Positions 36,095 through 46,161 of a stretch of 64,000 bases of DNA are shown piece by piece. Positions within the stretch are counted from its first letter, which is position 1. Each line of letters begins with the position of its first letter. The position numbers and the translations under genes are program-made. The stretch is from a virus. The notes under the pieces were generated by a model. That model saw only the letters and a program-made list of their open reading frames with translations, made no database searches and was not told where the DNA came from. The DNA lies in IMG/VR virus record IMGVR_UViG_3300045988_171772, positions 32,001 through 96,000 of that record; one strand, given 5' to 3'.

Positions 36095-37069
36095 TCATTC
36101 CACAATCTTAGAGAATGCCTTCATCACGGTGGTGTAGTTTCTCGGATTCACCATGACATCTTCAAAGATTCTACGATTGAATCCGCGATTTGCATTATTC
36201 ACACTGATGTAGACATACATGAAGTAGGGGAAAGCTGCCAGAGCAAAGATGGAATTCATCCCATAGATTCTGGTAAAGACTTTCAGATAGGAAGCTGCAT
36301 TCAGATCTCCCATCGTTCTTCCAGATCCAATCCCGGAGATTTCCTGATTGAAGAGAGTATTGCAGAAGTCTTCAAAGCTCTTATAGGGATTCAGACCTCT
36401 GGTGACAATCGCTTCTTCCATCTGTCTCACATAGATGGACTTACCATCTTTAGACATCTCGGTGACAAAGATATCAGCTCTCTTCTCCTCGATATCCAGA
36501 AGATAGATCATGAAGAACTTCATGGCGAAATACATGAAGGCATTGTAACGATCCGGATTAGTATTCAGGCCAATCGCCTGATTCAGAACCTTGGTAAACA
36601 TTCTTGCCCAGGAAATGGCCATGGTCTGGATGATATCCGGAGGAATGATCGAGTTCTTCTTCAAATTCAGAAAGATGTAAGCTGCCACAATGATGGAATT
36701 CAGCTGGCGAATGTCCATACTGTACTGAGTTTCACCAGTCACCTTATTCTGACGAGCAGAGAAAGATGTCATAGAGAGATCACAGATTACAACTTCTTTT
36801 CCATTCTTGATCGTCTTGATAAACGGCATAAAGGGAGGAAGCATCTTAGCAGGATCTCCATAGACCAGGATGATATCTCCATTGGTAAGAGCTTTACATG
36901 CCTTGGTCGTCAGAATATCCCGATACGATCTTTCCATCGCCAAAATATCGGAGGCGAGTTCGGTCGTTACACGAACGCCAGCACCTCCGATCACAGATTT
37001 CAGATGCGCATTGATCTGATAGACAGATTCAAACCTCTGGAAGAGGTCTGTCGTAGCTACACTTTTCAT
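36095..37069 (-). CDS. hypothetical protein (324 aa)
   Basis: Long ORF; plus-strand 36047..37162 is its shadow. Confidence 0.8.
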   Translation of the reverse strand: MKSVATTDLFQRFESVYQINAHLKSVIGGAGVRVTTELASDILAMERSYRDILTTKACKALTNGDIILVYGDPAKMLPPFMPFIKTIKNGKEVVICDLSMTSFSARQNKVTGETQYSMDIRQLNSIIVAAYIFLNLKKNSIIPPDIIQTMAISWARMFTKVLNQAIGLNTNPDRYNAFMYFAMKFFMIYLLDIEEKRADIFVTEMSKDGKSIYVRQMEEAIVTRGLNPYKSFEDFCNTLFNQEISGIGSGRTMGDLNAASYLKVFTRIYGMNSIFALAAFPYFMYVYISVNNANRGFNRRIFEDVMVNPRNYTTVMKAFSKIVE

Positions 37070-37104
37070 GAGGGAATAAACCTCCTCTGTGAAATTCGTT
37101 TACA

Positions 37105-37797
37105 TTATCCCGTTGTTTTTCGGATATTGGGCTCCAGCTTTACATATAGTTTCCAGAATTGAAGTAATTGGGTGAAGATTTCCTCATACTCTAAGATCTC
37201 ATGGTGATTCTTGACTTCTATGGTAGGTTTTGTATCCTCATGGAAATCAACGATCATGTAGTATTTCGGAATATACCCATGAAGCTTGAGTAATTTGGAA
37301 TACCCACCCAATTGAAGAAAGTGCTTGTTATTGGGTTTCTTGGATGTCTTCCAATCTACGAGAGTATCTCGAAAGAGTCTAACTCCTTCATACCCTCTGG
37401 GAGAATCTTTGAGTTTGATATCTCCATAGTAGTCTGGACATCCTGCAAAACCTTCTTCTGGAGATAGAAATACTTTCTCCATAAAGATAGGTTGAAAAGA
37501 AGTCTTGTCATAGAATTCCCGTATGGTATTTTCATACCCAGTTACTTCTTTGAAGAGATTTGGTGTTAGATTATATCCGTTGATAGGATTCTTATCCGGA
37601 TTAATCAGATGCGCAATGATCTCATGACAGATAGTACCACGAAGTGCTACATCATCCATATACTGATTATAGCTGATATGACGAAATCCAAGACCATTTG
37701 CCCATCTCATAAGAATGGGACTTCCCAATACAGAGAGTATCTCTGTAACACTGGGGAGTATCGTCCCATCCTCTAACTTATATATCTCATGCGGCAT
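37105..37797 (-). CDS. PD-(D/E)XK nuclease (RecB/Cas4-like exonuclease fold)
   Basis: SVTEILSV, GTICHEIIAH, CPDYYGD...TLVDWKTSKK (D...D/E-x-K), LQLGGY; AAGGAG RBS before ATG 37797. Confidence 0.65.
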   Translation of the reverse strand: MPHEIYKLEDGTILPSVTEILSVLGSPILMRWANGLGFRHISYNQYMDDVALRGTICHEIIAHLINPDKNPINGYNLTPNLFKEVTGYENTIREFYDKTSFQPIFMEKVFLSPEEGFAGCPDYYGDIKLKDSPRGYEGVRLFRDTLVDWKTSKKPNNKHFLQLGGYSKLLKLHGYIPKYYMIVDFHEDTKPTIEVKNHHEILEYEEIFTQLLQFWKLYVKLEPNIRKTTG

Positions 37798-37887
37798 ATA
37801 CAAATATTCTCCTTTTGCATATATTAATTCTATGATGAAGTAATTATATATTAAGATTCAAATTTATACAGTGAGGTGCTTTGAATC

Positions 37888-39582
37888 ATGGAAAAGAAAT
37901 TAAAAACTTTCGTCTACGATGGTGTCATCTGGACGAAAGATAAAGAAGACAATAGTCATTTTAGATTCCGGGGTTATATTCCTAGTCATGGATACATTGG
38001 GAATCATGAATTCGTTAGTGATACTCTCAACTATGTCGACAAACTCACCAAGTCGGATGCTTTCAAAGCTTGGATGGGATGCACCGTACATGGATTTGTC
38101 CAGAATCTGACTCCTATCGTCATGATGGATCAATCTGAGAAAGATTCAGATGGAAATTACACTCTTCATTCTGTATCTTTCTTAGGTGCAGTGGCTCCTC
38201 ATGATGGAGACTATACTGTGGTCGATATTCCTACTAGAAAATTGGGAAATCAGATAGTATACTATTTCGATTTTCCCAAATCTTCTACTCCCATTGTGGA
38301 ATTGAAGGATATGCTTGGGAATTCCTGTGGCATTGATATCACAGGAGGCCATGCTAAAATTATAAAATCTGATAGAGTTCCTCTCTTCAATATCATTGAA
38401 GGGAATATCAAGATCACTTCTGCTTCTGTTGGTGTCTTCTATATCTCCCCTATGGATATCGTCATTAAGCATATTGGAAAGATCATCATCAAATTTCTTT
38501 CTAAGCAGATTGAAGGTCTGATTCCTCATCTGGACTATCCCTCTGGTAAGATGGAAGCTGATATGTGGAATAAGGAATTCTACTTTGAAGATGATCCTGT
38601 TCCTGATGTAACGGATGCGGATGATGCTCTCGAAGCCATCAGTAAGATGTTTTCCCTGTTTAACGAAAAGAAAGAGATCCAGATCAATTTTAGATTTGTG
38701 AGATCAATCACGATGGATGGATATTACATTCATCCTTATAAGGTCATTGGCAGTGATGGAAATCCCAATGTAGGATCTCTGAATGTAACCACCAGATCCA
38801 AGAATCGGTATTCTCTTTCTCCTCTGAATTGGGTGTATCCCCCCGAGGCAGATCTTGATCTTCGGGATATGTATTATTGGAATATCGCGTCTCGATTCAC
38901 CAACATGGATACCCGGGTATATGAGAATGAATTCAAGATTCCCTATGTCATTATCGAAAGAGAGAATTTCGATCCTCCTGCAGAAATGACATCTGCCACT
39001 ACCTTCACTCCGATTCACTTTGCTGAGGATACTCCTTCTATCATCTATTATACCGGATCCAAGCACAAGGCTACTAAATTGGATGCGAGACGAGATGATA
39101 AGATTGGAGACATCTATATTCCTATCAAGAAGAAATTCTTTGGTTGGTATAAGGAGCTTCTCCCTTATCAACTCAATGGCAATGTCTTCGAATTGAAGGA
39201 TCCCTTTACAAGAAAATGGCATGATCATTTCGATTCTATTGTGGATATCCATATTCCCAAGAGTCTCAATGATGAAGAACTCCGTTTCTATATCCAGAAT
39301 ATCGAGAATTACATGAATGAGAGACTTCAAGCAGATTCAAATCTGGACTATCTCATCGTCCAAGGTTATGATCTCCTTCGTCTCCCTCTGGATTCTTCTT
39401 ATGAAGATACCAAGAATCCCAAAATCGATTGCATGGTTGATATGGTTCGTTCCGGAGAACTCAGTCGCTATACAATTTTCTGGGGACACGTAAATACCTC
39501 TCCTGAGCAGCATATGGATAGAAAACAAAACCATAATCATCCTACACTGCTCAATGGAAGGTATGTGGTATGGATTTTCTAA
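37888..39582 (+). CDS. hypothetical protein (564 aa), possibly structural
   Basis: GAGGTG RBS; long ORF. Confidence 0.8.
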   Translation: MEKKLKTFVYDGVIWTKDKEDNSHFRFRGYIPSHGYIGNHEFVSDTLNYVDKLTKSDAFKAWMGCTVHGFVQNLTPIVMMDQSEKDSDGNYTLHSVSFLGAVAPHDGDYTVVDIPTRKLGNQIVYYFDFPKSSTPIVELKDMLGNSCGIDITGGHAKIIKSDRVPLFNIIEGNIKITSASVGVFYISPMDIVIKHIGKIIIKFLSKQIEGLIPHLDYPSGKMEADMWNKEFYFEDDPVPDVTDADDALEAISKMFSLFNEKKEIQINFRFVRSITMDGYYIHPYKVIGSDGNPNVGSLNVTTRSKNRYSLSPLNWVYPPEADLDLRDMYYWNIASRFTNMDTRVYENEFKIPYVIIERENFDPPAEMTSATTFTPIHFAEDTPSIIYYTGSKHKATKLDARRDDKIGDIYIPIKKKFFGWYKELLPYQLNGNVFELKDPFTRKWHDHFDSIVDIHIPKSLNDEELRFYIQNIENYMNERLQADSNLDYLIVQGYDLLRLPLDSSYEDTKNPKIDCMVDMVRSGELSRYTIFWGHVNTSPEQHMDRKQNHNHPTLLNGRYVVWIF

Positions 39583-39986
39583 GAGTCGGAAATTACAAAA
39601 TCGTCTTTCTTAACGATTCTTCGTTTCTGATTCTCATTATTGTGATGCTGATTCTCTTCTTGAGTATGACATTGACTATGTATTTTACCAATAGGAAATT
39701 CAGCATCCAAGAAATGATTTCCTATGTCTATGTGACACATTACGAAGTCCCTCGATTTCGTAAATGCGGAATTATCCACTGCGTCACCCAACATGGACAG
39801 AAGATCCGTTTGCTAGATCCTGAGTTTGCATTTCAATCATACGTCTCTAAGCTAACCCCTAGAGAATGCACCACCATTCGATTCAGAATTGAATTCAAAT
39901 GGAGATTCATTCTTCTGGTAGACATTGTCGTATCTGGAATGCAAACTCCTTCTTTAGGTCTTAAGAGAGTTAGACATGGAATCTGA
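39570..39986 (+). CDS. membrane protein (138 aa)
   Basis: Overlaps the upstream stop by 13 nt; TM SSFLILIIVMLILFLSMTLTMYF. Confidence 0.55.
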   Translation: MDFLRVGNYKIVFLNDSSFLILIIVMLILFLSMTLTMYFTNRKFSIQEMISYVYVTHYEVPRFRKCGIIHCVTQHGQKIRLLDPEFAFQSYVSKLTPRECTTIRFRIEFKWRFILLVDIVVSGMQTPSLGLKRVRHGI

Positions 39987-40063
39987 ATGGGAATCGCTGA
40001 TTTGATCTTTGCAATCCTATACAGGATTTGTAATTTGAAATCGGAAGGAGAGTCAATGACGAA

Positions 40064-40606
40064 ATGTATATCGATTTTAACACGATTATCACCACGATTG
40101 TCACAACGATTTGCACTGCTTTAGTCGCTTGGCTCATTGCTCAGTTGACATCCTATCTCAAGGCTAAGTCTGAGAAGGAAAAGGCAGAGAAAAAGCTGAA
40201 GATGATCGATCACTACACCAAAATTTCCAATGACACAATCACCCAGTTGGTTGACTATCTGAATAATACAGTGGTCAACGAACTCAAGACTGCTTCAGAG
40301 GATGGACAGCTCACTGAAGAGGAAGCCGTCCAAGTCAAGACTGCCTGTAAGTGTAAGCTCTATGGGGTTCTGAGTGATGATGCTCTCGAAGCCATGAAGA
40401 ATACCTATGGAGATCTCAATTCAATCTTTGATGTCTGGATTGAAAATGCGGTTGCTTCTGCTAAGACCAATGGTACTGGTATCGATAAGACTACCGCCAT
40501 GGGTATTGCGAAGCAGAATAGCATCACTCATGATCAACGTATAGAAATCAAGAATCGTCTCTCTGATCGTCTTGAACTGATTGCGGATAATACGTCAACA
40601 TCCTGA
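40064..40606 (+). CDS. LL-H-family holin-like membrane protein
   Basis: GGAAGGAG RBS; single N-terminal TM IITTIVTTICTALVAWLIAQL then a helical soluble part with WIENAVASAK, resembling the holin_LLH architecture (from memory). Confidence 0.4.
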   Translation: MYIDFNTIITTIVTTICTALVAWLIAQLTSYLKAKSEKEKAEKKLKMIDHYTKISNDTITQLVDYLNNTVVNELKTASEDGQLTEEEAVQVKTACKCKLYGVLSDDALEAMKNTYGDLNSIFDVWIENAVASAKTNGTGIDKTTAMGIAKQNSITHDQRIEIKNRLSDRLELIADNTSTS

Positions 40607-40768
40607 GGATGATTCTTAAGGGTATACGAAAAGGTTTTTCTAAACTGCTTCGTATACCCTTATTTTTGGCTCGTTCTAGGAGGCCCAAATAAACAATTGA
40701 GATAAAGCTACGGAAAAATAGCTTGTGCACAGGTTATTTTTTATCCTATCGATAGGAGGTTAATTTCC

Positions 40769-42337
40769 ATGAACGATCATCGCGTTCATCGTGCAGGTGA
40801 TATCGAATTTGGTATCACCGAAGCGATTAGCCTTGCAACAGTGAAGAGCGGCATCTCCTTTGCTGGAGGGGCTGCTCGTTCAACCGCAAAGGTAATCAAA
40901 TCTCTGACTCCGAATAAAGGAAGCATTGCTAAAATGGCACGCGATTACGTGATGCAATTTCCCGTACTCGCGTCTTCTTCTATTCCGGAGGAAGATCTGG
41001 CCCCGATCGTGAAAAACTTTGAGATCCAGTATGCACAGTTCATCGCTATGGTGCTTCAGGGTAGAGCTGGTATCAATGTCAAGGACATCGATTCTACTGC
41101 CGACATTCTGAAGCAGCTGCATAGCAATGAAGATGCTCCCAATCTTCTGGATTATGCCATGGATATTACCGGTGGCAGAAATTCCAGCGTTAAGGGTGTT
41201 GGAGAATCCGTGCAGATTGGTATCCCCGAATCTGAGCTGCAGGCTCTCGCTTTTGGTACCGATGCTGAATTCACGATGGAGAATCTGAATTCTATGTATC
41301 AACCCAATAAATCCATGCTGGATAAGTATGAGAGAGTCACTGCCGCTATGGAATCTGGTAAACCCTCTCCTGATGCTGCGAAGACTGGTTCTACGCGGTA
41401 TGGAAATGGTTATACTCGTCCTACCGACACTCCCAGTCCTTCTCAGATGACGGATGATGATCTCTCTCGTTTCACTGATGAAGCTCGATATAAGAATATC
41501 AAGAATCAGAATCTGAAACTGGATGAGGATATCGAACGTCTGAAGTATGAGAATCGGAAAGAGAGTCGTGCTCGTCGTGAGAAAGCCGATGATCTGAAGA
41601 TTGCGAATACTGAGAAGCAGAATCGGAAATTGGATATGGATTATGCTTCCAGCAAGCAGACTTCTGTCAGTGCTTCTGATCTGAATAAGATCCAGAATAC
41701 TGGCGATGCTCCCACTGTGCTTACTGCTACTCTGTATCTGGAATCTGAAGCTGGTGTTCCTGAGCCTCGTACTGTCGTCTTTGGCGTCAAGTGCATGACT
41801 CGTGCGATTCCTTCTTCGGTCATGGTTCCGAATGTGACTGATTGTATTGCTTCGAATACCTGGGCATTCCGTTTTGTCAAATGGACCAAGGGAGAGATCA
41901 AATTCTTCCGTGATATCCTCTTTGATATTACCAATGCTCGGAATGAAGCGATCAATGACAAAGATCCTGCTGGTGCCTGGTTCAATTCTGTGAAGCGTCG
42001 TAAGCGTAACTCGAAGTGGTTTGGTTCCAAGACCAACATCTCTCCGGTTATGACTCTGATCATCACAGATGAAGAAGCCGAAGCTATCAAGGCTCAGACT
42101 GGTATCGATCTGACAGATGATCGGTCTGCTGCTAAGCTGATGAAAGATATGTATCTGCTTGGCTTTGCGATCTATCACACTGCCAATGGTAATATCGATA
42201 TCATGCTGGATAAGTATAGCAATAGTCAGTTCTACAATACGACCATGACCGGCATCCGTGCCTCCAACAAGGGCAATTCCAACACCGATCTGCGGGAGAT
42301 CAACAAGCTTCTGCAGAATGGCGGGTATATTCGCTAA
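40769..42337 (+). CDS. hypothetical protein (522 aa)
   Basis: AGGAGG RBS; long ORF; minus-strand 40880..42352 is its shadow. Confidence 0.85.
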   Translation: MNDHRVHRAGDIEFGITEAISLATVKSGISFAGGAARSTAKVIKSLTPNKGSIAKMARDYVMQFPVLASSSIPEEDLAPIVKNFEIQYAQFIAMVLQGRAGINVKDIDSTADILKQLHSNEDAPNLLDYAMDITGGRNSSVKGVGESVQIGIPESELQALAFGTDAEFTMENLNSMYQPNKSMLDKYERVTAAMESGKPSPDAAKTGSTRYGNGYTRPTDTPSPSQMTDDDLSRFTDEARYKNIKNQNLKLDEDIERLKYENRKESRARREKADDLKIANTEKQNRKLDMDYASSKQTSVSASDLNKIQNTGDAPTVLTATLYLESEAGVPEPRTVVFGVKCMTRAIPSSVMVPNVTDCIASNTWAFRFVKWTKGEIKFFRDILFDITNARNEAINDKDPAGAWFNSVKRRKRNSKWFGSKTNISPVMTLIITDEEAEAIKAQTGIDLTDDRSAAKLMKDMYLLGFAIYHTANGNIDIMLDKYSNSQFYNTTMTGIRASNKGNSNTDLREINKLLQNGGYIR

Positions 42338-42352
42338 GGAGGTATAAACCAC

Positions 42353-43522
42353 ATGATTTATTCAGACAATCGTCTTCTGAATGAGGAGATTGCGCATTTT
42401 GTCTTTGAGACAATGAATGCAGTTCCTGCTCAGGAGCGTATGGGTTTCAAAGCCAAAGCCCAGAATGTGATGAGCCCCAAGGGAAATCCTGTGGAGCAAT
42501 CCAAATTGGCTAATACTCTGTATCGTTCCATCGTGAAGAGTGCGAAAGAGTATGAGGCTTCCAGCCAGACCGACATGTTCTCTTATGCGAAAGCGAGTAA
42601 GGGAGATGTCACCAAGATCAGAGATTGGCCTCGTGCTGAGATGTGCTTCAACCGTCTGGCTGGAGTTGCCGGCTCTAAGAAGATTAGTCCCAATGTCACT
42701 CTGGTTTCTACCATGATTGACTTCCGGAAGATGCTTCTGGATAGCAAAGCTGATTTCGAGTATGGATTCAAGTATCATATTGACATCATCGAGATTCTCT
42801 ATGCCTATATGGTGGAATCCTACTATGAGTTGATCGATGCTGCTATCGTCGCTCTCCAGGAAGATATGCAGGATTATGCTGGAGTCCGTCCTACCAAGTT
42901 CTCTGGTTACAATGGCATGATCGTGGTGACTTCTTGCCAGACTCTCGTCAATCTGTATAAGACTGGTGAGTGGAAGAAGTTCATGAAGTCTTTCCAGAAT
43001 GCCAAAGTTGCTGCCAATGAGTCCATTGTCTTTGATGGACTGGATGGTGAGTTTGGTATGGGTGTGATCGAGGATGATCCGTTTGCTGCTCTGGAAGGGA
43101 ATGTGATCATTGACAAAGCTCTGGGTATTATCAAGACTGCTGGTATCACCATTGGTGTGGTAGTCACCGTCTTCTTTGCCCTGCGTGGTCTGATTGCCTA
43201 TTTCTTCCATAGAGCTGCCAAGCATCGTGATCATGCTGAGAATCAAGCGAAACTGCTTGACAATATTCTCGCTACCGACACTTCTCTTACTCCTGAGGAG
43301 AGAGACAAGATCGAAAGAAAGAAGATCAAGCTGCAGGAGACTGCTGCCAACATTGACAGAAAGATCTTCAAGGCTGACAAAGCAGCGAAGGAAGACATGC
43401 GCAAAGAATCTGCCGCCATTGCAAAAGCGATGACAGATGATAGCGGATTCGTCGGTGTTACTCCCGGCACTGCTTCCAATGCTACTCCGTCTCCTGATTC
43501 TGACGACTTCGTCATTCTCTAA
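42353..43522 (+). CDS. hypothetical protein with C-proximal TM segment (389 aa)
   Basis: AAGGAGG RBS; IIKTAGITIGVVVTVFFALRGLIAYFF; terminator 43537-43576. Confidence 0.85.
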   Translation: MIYSDNRLLNEEIAHFVFETMNAVPAQERMGFKAKAQNVMSPKGNPVEQSKLANTLYRSIVKSAKEYEASSQTDMFSYAKASKGDVTKIRDWPRAEMCFNRLAGVAGSKKISPNVTLVSTMIDFRKMLLDSKADFEYGFKYHIDIIEILYAYMVESYYELIDAAIVALQEDMQDYAGVRPTKFSGYNGMIVVTSCQTLVNLYKTGEWKKFMKSFQNAKVAANESIVFDGLDGEFGMGVIEDDPFAALEGNVIIDKALGIIKTAGITIGVVVTVFFALRGLIAYFFHRAAKHRDHAENQAKLLDNILATDTSLTPEERDKIERKKIKLQETAANIDRKIFKADKAAKEDMRKESAAIAKAMTDDSGFVGVTPGTASNATPSPDSDDFVIL

Positions 43523-44548
43523 CCAAGAATGAAATTCCCTAGTTACTAATCTAAGAAAAAGAATTAGTAACTAGGGAATTGATTTTATATAATATGAAGC
43601 GATTGACTTATTATGAGCTGGCATCTCAATAGTCACCTAGTTTATAAAAATAAAGATACGATACCAGTTTCTAGAATCAGATCTAGACTTGGTATCGTAT
43701 CTTATAAAGTGATTTACCGCACAAGAATACAGAATGATTCATCATGATTCCAGTATCTCTTTCTCTATAAGAGAGCTCAATCCGGAACTAAAAAGAAGGA
43801 ATCTAACTAGCTTGCAGAATACATCTTGGGAGAACATAAAGAGCGGAGTTACCGTATAGATTCAAACCAACCCGTATGCTATACCTCCAGAGAGCTTAAC
43901 TTGATAATCTCATAGAGATAAGAGAGAGTGAAGAAGATGATCTCTCTTATATAGGAAGAGCAAGAGCAAATGCGTACTGATATTCGGAGGTTCAGTGAGC
44001 AAAAAGTATGTAAGAGAGACCTGAAAATAGAAGAAAGTAGGTATCATAATAGAGAGGTATATACTAGACAAAATCCATGGATGTATCACAAAAATGGAAT
44101 TGACTATCTATATCCCTAAGATAACATTTTGGTTTCTATTTCCAAAATATAGGAGTGATCGGTCACATGGTTCCTGTATTCCTATAAATCACTTTACTGA
44201 TGATGTAGGAATTTTTAACGAAAGTATCCACAATGCTTATAAAGCAGAAGAAATACCTTATTATCATCCTCCCTGATGTAAGATCACTTTCTATATCTGC
44301 TTAATTGGAATGATCGAGATCCGAAGAGACCCGTCTATAGTACCAGCACCTTCTGTTATAGGGTGAAACTCTTTGTTTGAACTCTCATTCCAGTGTCTGT
44401 GAAATCCTTCTCTTGAACGGTCATTTGAAGAGCTGGATTTCCCCTTTCCATTTCCCATATGGCAAGGATTGCAAGCACGCCATATGGGATTTAATTTGTC
44501 AAATATAATACGTCATTTCACCGATTCGAAAAGTCGATGGTGAAATGA

Positions 44549-44577
44549 CGTATATTATCTTGGTAAGCGAATAGAGA
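44549..44577 (+). promoter_or_regulatory. GTATATTAT promoter-like motif
   Basis: CGTATATTATCTTGGTAAGCGAATAGAGA, about 50 nt upstream of ATG 44610, directly after hairpin 44509-44549. Confidence 0.35.
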
Positions 44578-44609
44578 AATGATTAGAATCTAATTCTGTA
44601 TTCTTAGGG

Positions 44610-44939
44610 ATGATACATGAATTAGAAATCGAAAAGGAATCATATAGCGGTATGACTCACTTCGATTATTTCTTCTCCACTGTGGAGGAAATTCGTAATT
44701 TCGTTCGTTCTTCTGAATCTAGTAAGACTCAGGAAGGCAGAAATCTAAGTAGATACTTCAATATCTTGGATAATAGCTCACACCTCAACCCAAGAGAACT
44801 GAGCTCAAAAGAATATCAACTTAGAGGAATCCTGAATGAGAAAGCCTTCTGGGAATTTCATTTACGATATCCCGAATTTAGGCAACTTACTTATGATTCC
44901 TTAGGAATCGATCGAACATTACTCATCATTCCACAGTAA
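44610..44939 (+). CDS. hypothetical protein (109 aa)
   Basis: Clean ORF, weak RBS. Confidence 0.6.
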   Translation: MIHELEIEKESYSGMTHFDYFFSTVEEIRNFVRSSESSKTQEGRNLSRYFNILDNSSHLNPRELSSKEYQLRGILNEKAFWEFHLRYPEFRQLTYDSLGIDRTLLIIPQ

Positions 44940-45179
44940 CGCTTACTGACAGAATGGGCATCCCAAAGACATCCATTCTTTTTTGTTGAAATTCCTATAT
45001 CTGTCTTTTTCCTTCCTGTTGTGAAAATAACGGTCAATAGGGATTTTAACATGGACATTCTCTATTCGCTTTACGATCTTTGTATCTTTTCACATTTTAT
45101 TTTAGTTTCTCCTTCCAATTCTGTGACTATTTAGTAAGTGCCCTTTAACCCTTTGCACTAGGAAGGAGTGTAAATCGCA

Positions 45180-46076
45180 ATGGAAAATATTCTCTATGAT
45201 GCGATCGATGTCTCGAAGCATCAGGGTACTGTGAATTGGGATAATGTCAAGAATTCTGGCATTTCTCATGTCATGATTCGGGCTGGCTATGGTCGTTACT
45301 CTAGCCAGAAAGATCCTCAGTTTGAGAGGAACGTCAGAGAATGTGAAAAGAGAGGAATTCATTGGGGTGCCTATTGGTACAGCTATGCTACCAGCACTAC
45401 TCAAGCTCAGCAAGAGGCCAATGCCTTCCTGTCTGTCATGAGAGGGAAGAAACCCGATATGCCTCTGGCGTATGACATCGAGTATGAACCTGGTATTCTG
45501 GCTCTGTCTGATTCCACTCGTACTCAGATGGTCAAAGCTTTCCTCAATAAGGTAGAAGCTGCTGGATACTATGGAATTCTCTATGCTTCCAAGGATTTCA
45601 TTCAGAACTACCTGAATTACAATGAGCTGAAGTCCTATGATGCCTGGTGTGCTCAGTATGGTTCTTCTTGCACCTGTCCGCTTCCTTATGGAATTTGGCA
45701 GTATAGCTCCAAGAACGCTCTGAATATTCCTGGCTATGGCAAGTCTCTGGACTGCAACCATGTCTACAAAGACTATCCGACCATCATCAAGAATGCTGGT
45801 CTGAATGGTTGGGGGAAACCCAATGAAGATGATGGTGATAAGAATATTGCTACCAATATGCAGCTCATCGCCATTGGGCCCATCACTGGTGTAGATGTCA
45901 CCACCATCAAGAATCTCTGTGTTTCTCTGCAGTTGGTTTCTCAGGGTCTGTATAAGGAATCCAATGGAACTCTGACCATTGGGCCTGTTAGCTCTGGTGA
46001 TGCTTACCTGATCATGAAGAAATGCGAAGATCTTGATCTGGTCTCTCGTGGCTATTACAAGTCCAAGTATGTCTAA
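45180..46076 (+). CDS. endolysin: GH25 muramidase with C-terminal tandem repeat domain
   Basis: DVSKHQGTVNWDNVKNSGISHVMIRAGYG...GIHWGAYWYSY is the GH25 signature; C-terminus has two roughly 35-aa repeats (IAIGPITGVDVTTIKNLCVSLQLVSQGLYK / LTIGPVSSGDAYLIMKKCEDLDLVSRGYYK). Confidence 0.85.
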   Translation: MENILYDAIDVSKHQGTVNWDNVKNSGISHVMIRAGYGRYSSQKDPQFERNVRECEKRGIHWGAYWYSYATSTTQAQQEANAFLSVMRGKKPDMPLAYDIEYEPGILALSDSTRTQMVKAFLNKVEAAGYYGILYASKDFIQNYLNYNELKSYDAWCAQYGSSCTCPLPYGIWQYSSKNALNIPGYGKSLDCNHVYKDYPTIIKNAGLNGWGKPNEDDGDKNIATNMQLIAIGPITGVDVTTIKNLCVSLQLVSQGLYKESNGTLTIGPVSSGDAYLIMKKCEDLDLVSRGYYKSKYV

Positions 46077-46101
46077 TCTCTTCACTATCATAAACTAATT
46101 T

Positions 46102-46151
46102 AAATCCCTATATGGAATCTTCGGTTATATCAAGACTCCATATAGGGATTT
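46102..46151. terminator. bidirectional stem-loop
   Basis: AAATCCCTATATGGA...TCCATATAGGGATTT. Confidence 0.6.
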
Positions 46152-46161
46152 TTATTTCTTT

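Noticed and set aside
39987-40124. A 45-aa ORF starting at the ATG overlapping the stop of 39570..39986 and running into the holin-like gene
   Set aside because: It has no RBS, it overlaps the well-supported start of 40064..40606 in another frame, and it ends in TAG inside that gene. It is probably spurious.
43523-44609. tRNA or other canonical small RNA genes in ORF-free regions (also 12077-12444, 16165-16420, 57677-57917)
   Set aside because: I saw no T-loop-like GTTCGAATC/GTTCAAATC motif with a matching acceptor stem. The structures present are simple long hairpins. I cannot exclude non-canonical RNAs without a covariance scan.
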